From Candidatus Dadabacteria bacterium (GTDB taxonomy: Bacteria; Desulfobacterota_D; UBA1144; Nemesobacterales; CSP1-2), in NCBI GenBank assembly GCA_040289575.1, contig PSLL01000008.1, forward strand, positions 22,887 to 42,469: a stretch of DNA of 19,583 nucleotides, read 5' to 3'. The notes beneath the pieces are model-generated. The model was given only the letters and a program-made list of their open reading frames with translations. It was not told where the DNA came from and made no database searches. How positions within the stretch are numbered: the stretch's first letter is position 1; each line of letters starts with the position of its first letter. A program made the position numbers and the translations under genes. Positions 17,818 through 19,583 of the stretch are shown here, piece by piece.

Positions 17818-19386
17818 CTAGTGCATTGAAACTGGCGCTCCCCCCTTTTTTGGTTTCATAAGGAAGATAAATGGTAACATAAGGGCATAAGCGGCTGTAA
17901 CCATCCAGAAGATATCTATGTATGCCATCATAGTGGCCTGCTTTTGCACCATATCATATATGACTGTCAATCCTTGGTATGTTGCGGTCCATGCATCACT
18001 CCCCCGAGCTATCATACCGCTCTTTATGTTTTCAACCATATTTCGGAAGGTGGGATTATAAGGGTTGGCATTATAGACAAGGTAGTTCTGATGCGCCTGA
18101 GCAAGACGAACAAGAAACGTCTGCGTTATGGCAATTCCAATACTGCCGCCTATATTGCGTGCAAGGTTAAAAATCCCTGTGGCATTACCCATTTTTTCTT
18201 GAGAGATATTTGACATAGTGGCTGTGGCCAGTGGCACAAACACAAATCCCAGTCCTATCCCCTGTATAAAGTTGGGCCAAGCGATATTAAAAAACCCGGT
18301 CTGTAAATCCAAACTGGCAAACTCTATACTGGAGTAGATAAGAAATGGCATAGCCATAATAAGCACCCAGCGTGCATCTAGCTTCTTTAGTAACCATCCG
18401 ACCAGAAACATTACTATCATGACGCCGATGCCTCTGGGCGATATAACTAATCCGCTTTTTACTGCCGAATAGCTCAAGAGGTTTTGCGCATAGAGCGGTA
18501 TAATGGAAACTATTGCATATATCCCAAAACCGAATAGGAACATCGAGATTGTTCCCGAAGCAAAGGTTCTGTCTTTAAATGTTCTTAGGTCAACCACTGG
18601 GTCCTTTATTAAGAGTTCTCGAATGATAAGCCCGATAAATCCTATTATGCAAAGTACCGTTAGTGTGGTGATAAGATGGGAGCTAAACCAATCTTCCCTT
18701 TGCCCCTTGTCTAAAACAATCTGGAGACAACCGATGGCAATGGCGAGGAAAATGATTCCCCACCCGTCTATTCTGCTCTTTTGGCGCCTCGCGTATGAAG
18801 GATCAAAGACAAAGAGATTTATCATAAAAAGCGCTATAAATCCTATAGGGATGTTGATATAAAAAACCCATCGCCATGTGGAGTTGTCTGTAATCCAACC
18901 GCCTAAAAGCGGTGCAACTACGGGAGCCGTTACAATACCGACTCCCCAAAGGGCCATGGCCATCCCACGCTCAGCTGGAGGAAAGCTCTCAAGGAGGATT
19001 GCTTGAGAGATAGGCTGAAGCGCGCCACCCGACATTCCCTGCACAATACGGAAAAGCACTATCATACTCAGGGAGGTAGAGATACCGCACATAAATGACG
19101 ACACTGTAAAAATGGCTACGCATCCCATGAGAAACGATTTTCTACCAAAGAACCGACCCAACCAGCCAGTCATGGGAATTACTATCCCATTAGCGACAAG
19201 GTATGATGTTATAACCCATGTGATCTCATCCTGCGTAGCCGCAAAGCTTCCCTGCATATGAGGCAGAGCCACGTTGACTATACTGGTGTCAAGCACCTCC
19301 ATAATCGTCGGGAGCATCACTGTGACTGCAATGAGCCATGGATTTATAACGGCTCCCGTTTTGGGTTTAGCTCTTAACTCGTCCAA
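17818..19386 (-). CDS. emrB: DHA2-family (EmrB/QacA) MFS drug-efflux permease, 14 TM type
   Basis: Motifs MEVLDTSIVNVALPHM, WVITSYLVAN, GWLGRFFGRK, FRIVQG, APLLGGWITDN..WRWVFYINIPIG, LQIVLDKGQREDWFSS and RNIGGSIGIA. TTG start with a GGAG RBS; downstream of an EmrA-like gene. Confidence 0.93.
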   Translation of the reverse strand: MDELRAKPKTGAVINPWLIAVTVMLPTIMEVLDTSIVNVALPHMQGSFAATQDEITWVITSYLVANGIVIPMTGWLGRFFGRKSFLMGCVAIFTVSSFMCGISTSLSMIVLFRIVQGMSGGALQPISQAILLESFPPAERGMAMALWGVGIVTAPVVAPLLGGWITDNSTWRWVFYINIPIGFIALFMINLFVFDPSYARRQKSRIDGWGIIFLAIAIGCLQIVLDKGQREDWFSSHLITTLTVLCIIGFIGLIIRELLIKDPVVDLRTFKDRTFASGTISMFLFGFGIYAIVSIIPLYAQNLLSYSAVKSGLVISPRGIGVMIVMFLVGWLLKKLDARWVLIMAMPFLIYSSIEFASLDLQTGFFNIAWPNFIQGIGLGFVFVPLATATMSNISQEKMGNATGIFNLARNIGGSIGIAITQTFLVRLAQAHQNYLVYNANPYNPTFRNMVENIKSGMIARGSDAWTATYQGLTVIYDMVQKQATMMAYIDIFWMVTAAYALMLPFIFLMKPKKGGAPVSMH

Positions 19387-19406
19387 ATTGTCTCCTTTGA
19401 TGTGAA

Positions 19407-19583
19407 CTATCTTATGATTACAGTGGGGACAACCGACATCCCTGGGCCTAATATGTATTTAGACTGGTTATAGTCTTCTTGCAGATCATCAAAGACTATT
19501 TTTACGGGGATGCGTTGAGTAACCTTAACATAATTGCCCGTTGCGTTTTCCGGCGGCAGGAGGCTGAATGCAGCGCCTGAACC
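19407..19583 (-). CDS. emrA: EmrA/HlyD-family membrane fusion protein, C-terminal 58 aa (5'-truncated by the window edge)
   Basis: Manual minus-strand translation: GSGAAFSLLPPENATGNYVKVTQRIPVKIVFDDLQEDYNQSKYILGPGMSVVPTVIIR*. FSLLPPENATGN.VKV.QRIPV and PGMSV are EmrA signature motifs. Not in the ORF track. Confidence 0.93.
   Translation of the reverse strand, partial: GSGAAFSLLPPENATGNYVKVTQRIPVKIVFDDLQEDYNQSKYILGPGMSVVPTVIIR

Noticed and set aside
11523..18862. Short ORFs 11523..11729, 13521..13790, 14178..14372, 16173..16376, 17944..18213, 17979..18170 and 18503..18862
   Set aside because: They are antisense shadows of longer motif-bearing genes.

Overview
This is a bacterial genomic window of moderate-to-low GC with no rRNA, tRNA, CRISPR array or intact mobile element visible. 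From left to right it holds: (1) the end of a CBS-domain gene; (2) a minus-strand two-subunit class I CoA-transferase-fold pair whose beta subunit lacks the canonical catalytic Glu, with a REP-like palindrome between the subunits; (3) a divergent consensus sigma54 promoter with upstream palindromes, driving a membrane-anchored 124-aa leader ORF ending in RSPP (a RAPP-type arrest motif), followed by a sulfotransferase whose RBS can be sequestered in a hairpin; (4) a minus-strand CoA-binding protein-metY-metX methionine operon containing a second palindromic repeat; (5) an SRAP/YedK gene; (6) a TIM-barrel gene translationally coupled to a B12-dependent radical SAM gene; (7) an accessory ligase-rich block with a frameshifted, circularly permuted ATP-grasp gene, two PaaK/CapK-like adenylating enzymes, a decayed ATP-grasp pseudogene and a GT4 glycosyltransferase; and (8) a convergent EmrAB-type efflux pair cut by the window edge. 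The most interesting items are the permuted ATP-grasp gene, the sigma54/RSPP-leader/sulfotransferase unit and the Glu-less CoA-transferase-fold enzyme. All family assignments come from motif recognition by eye and remembered family consensus; no searches were run.
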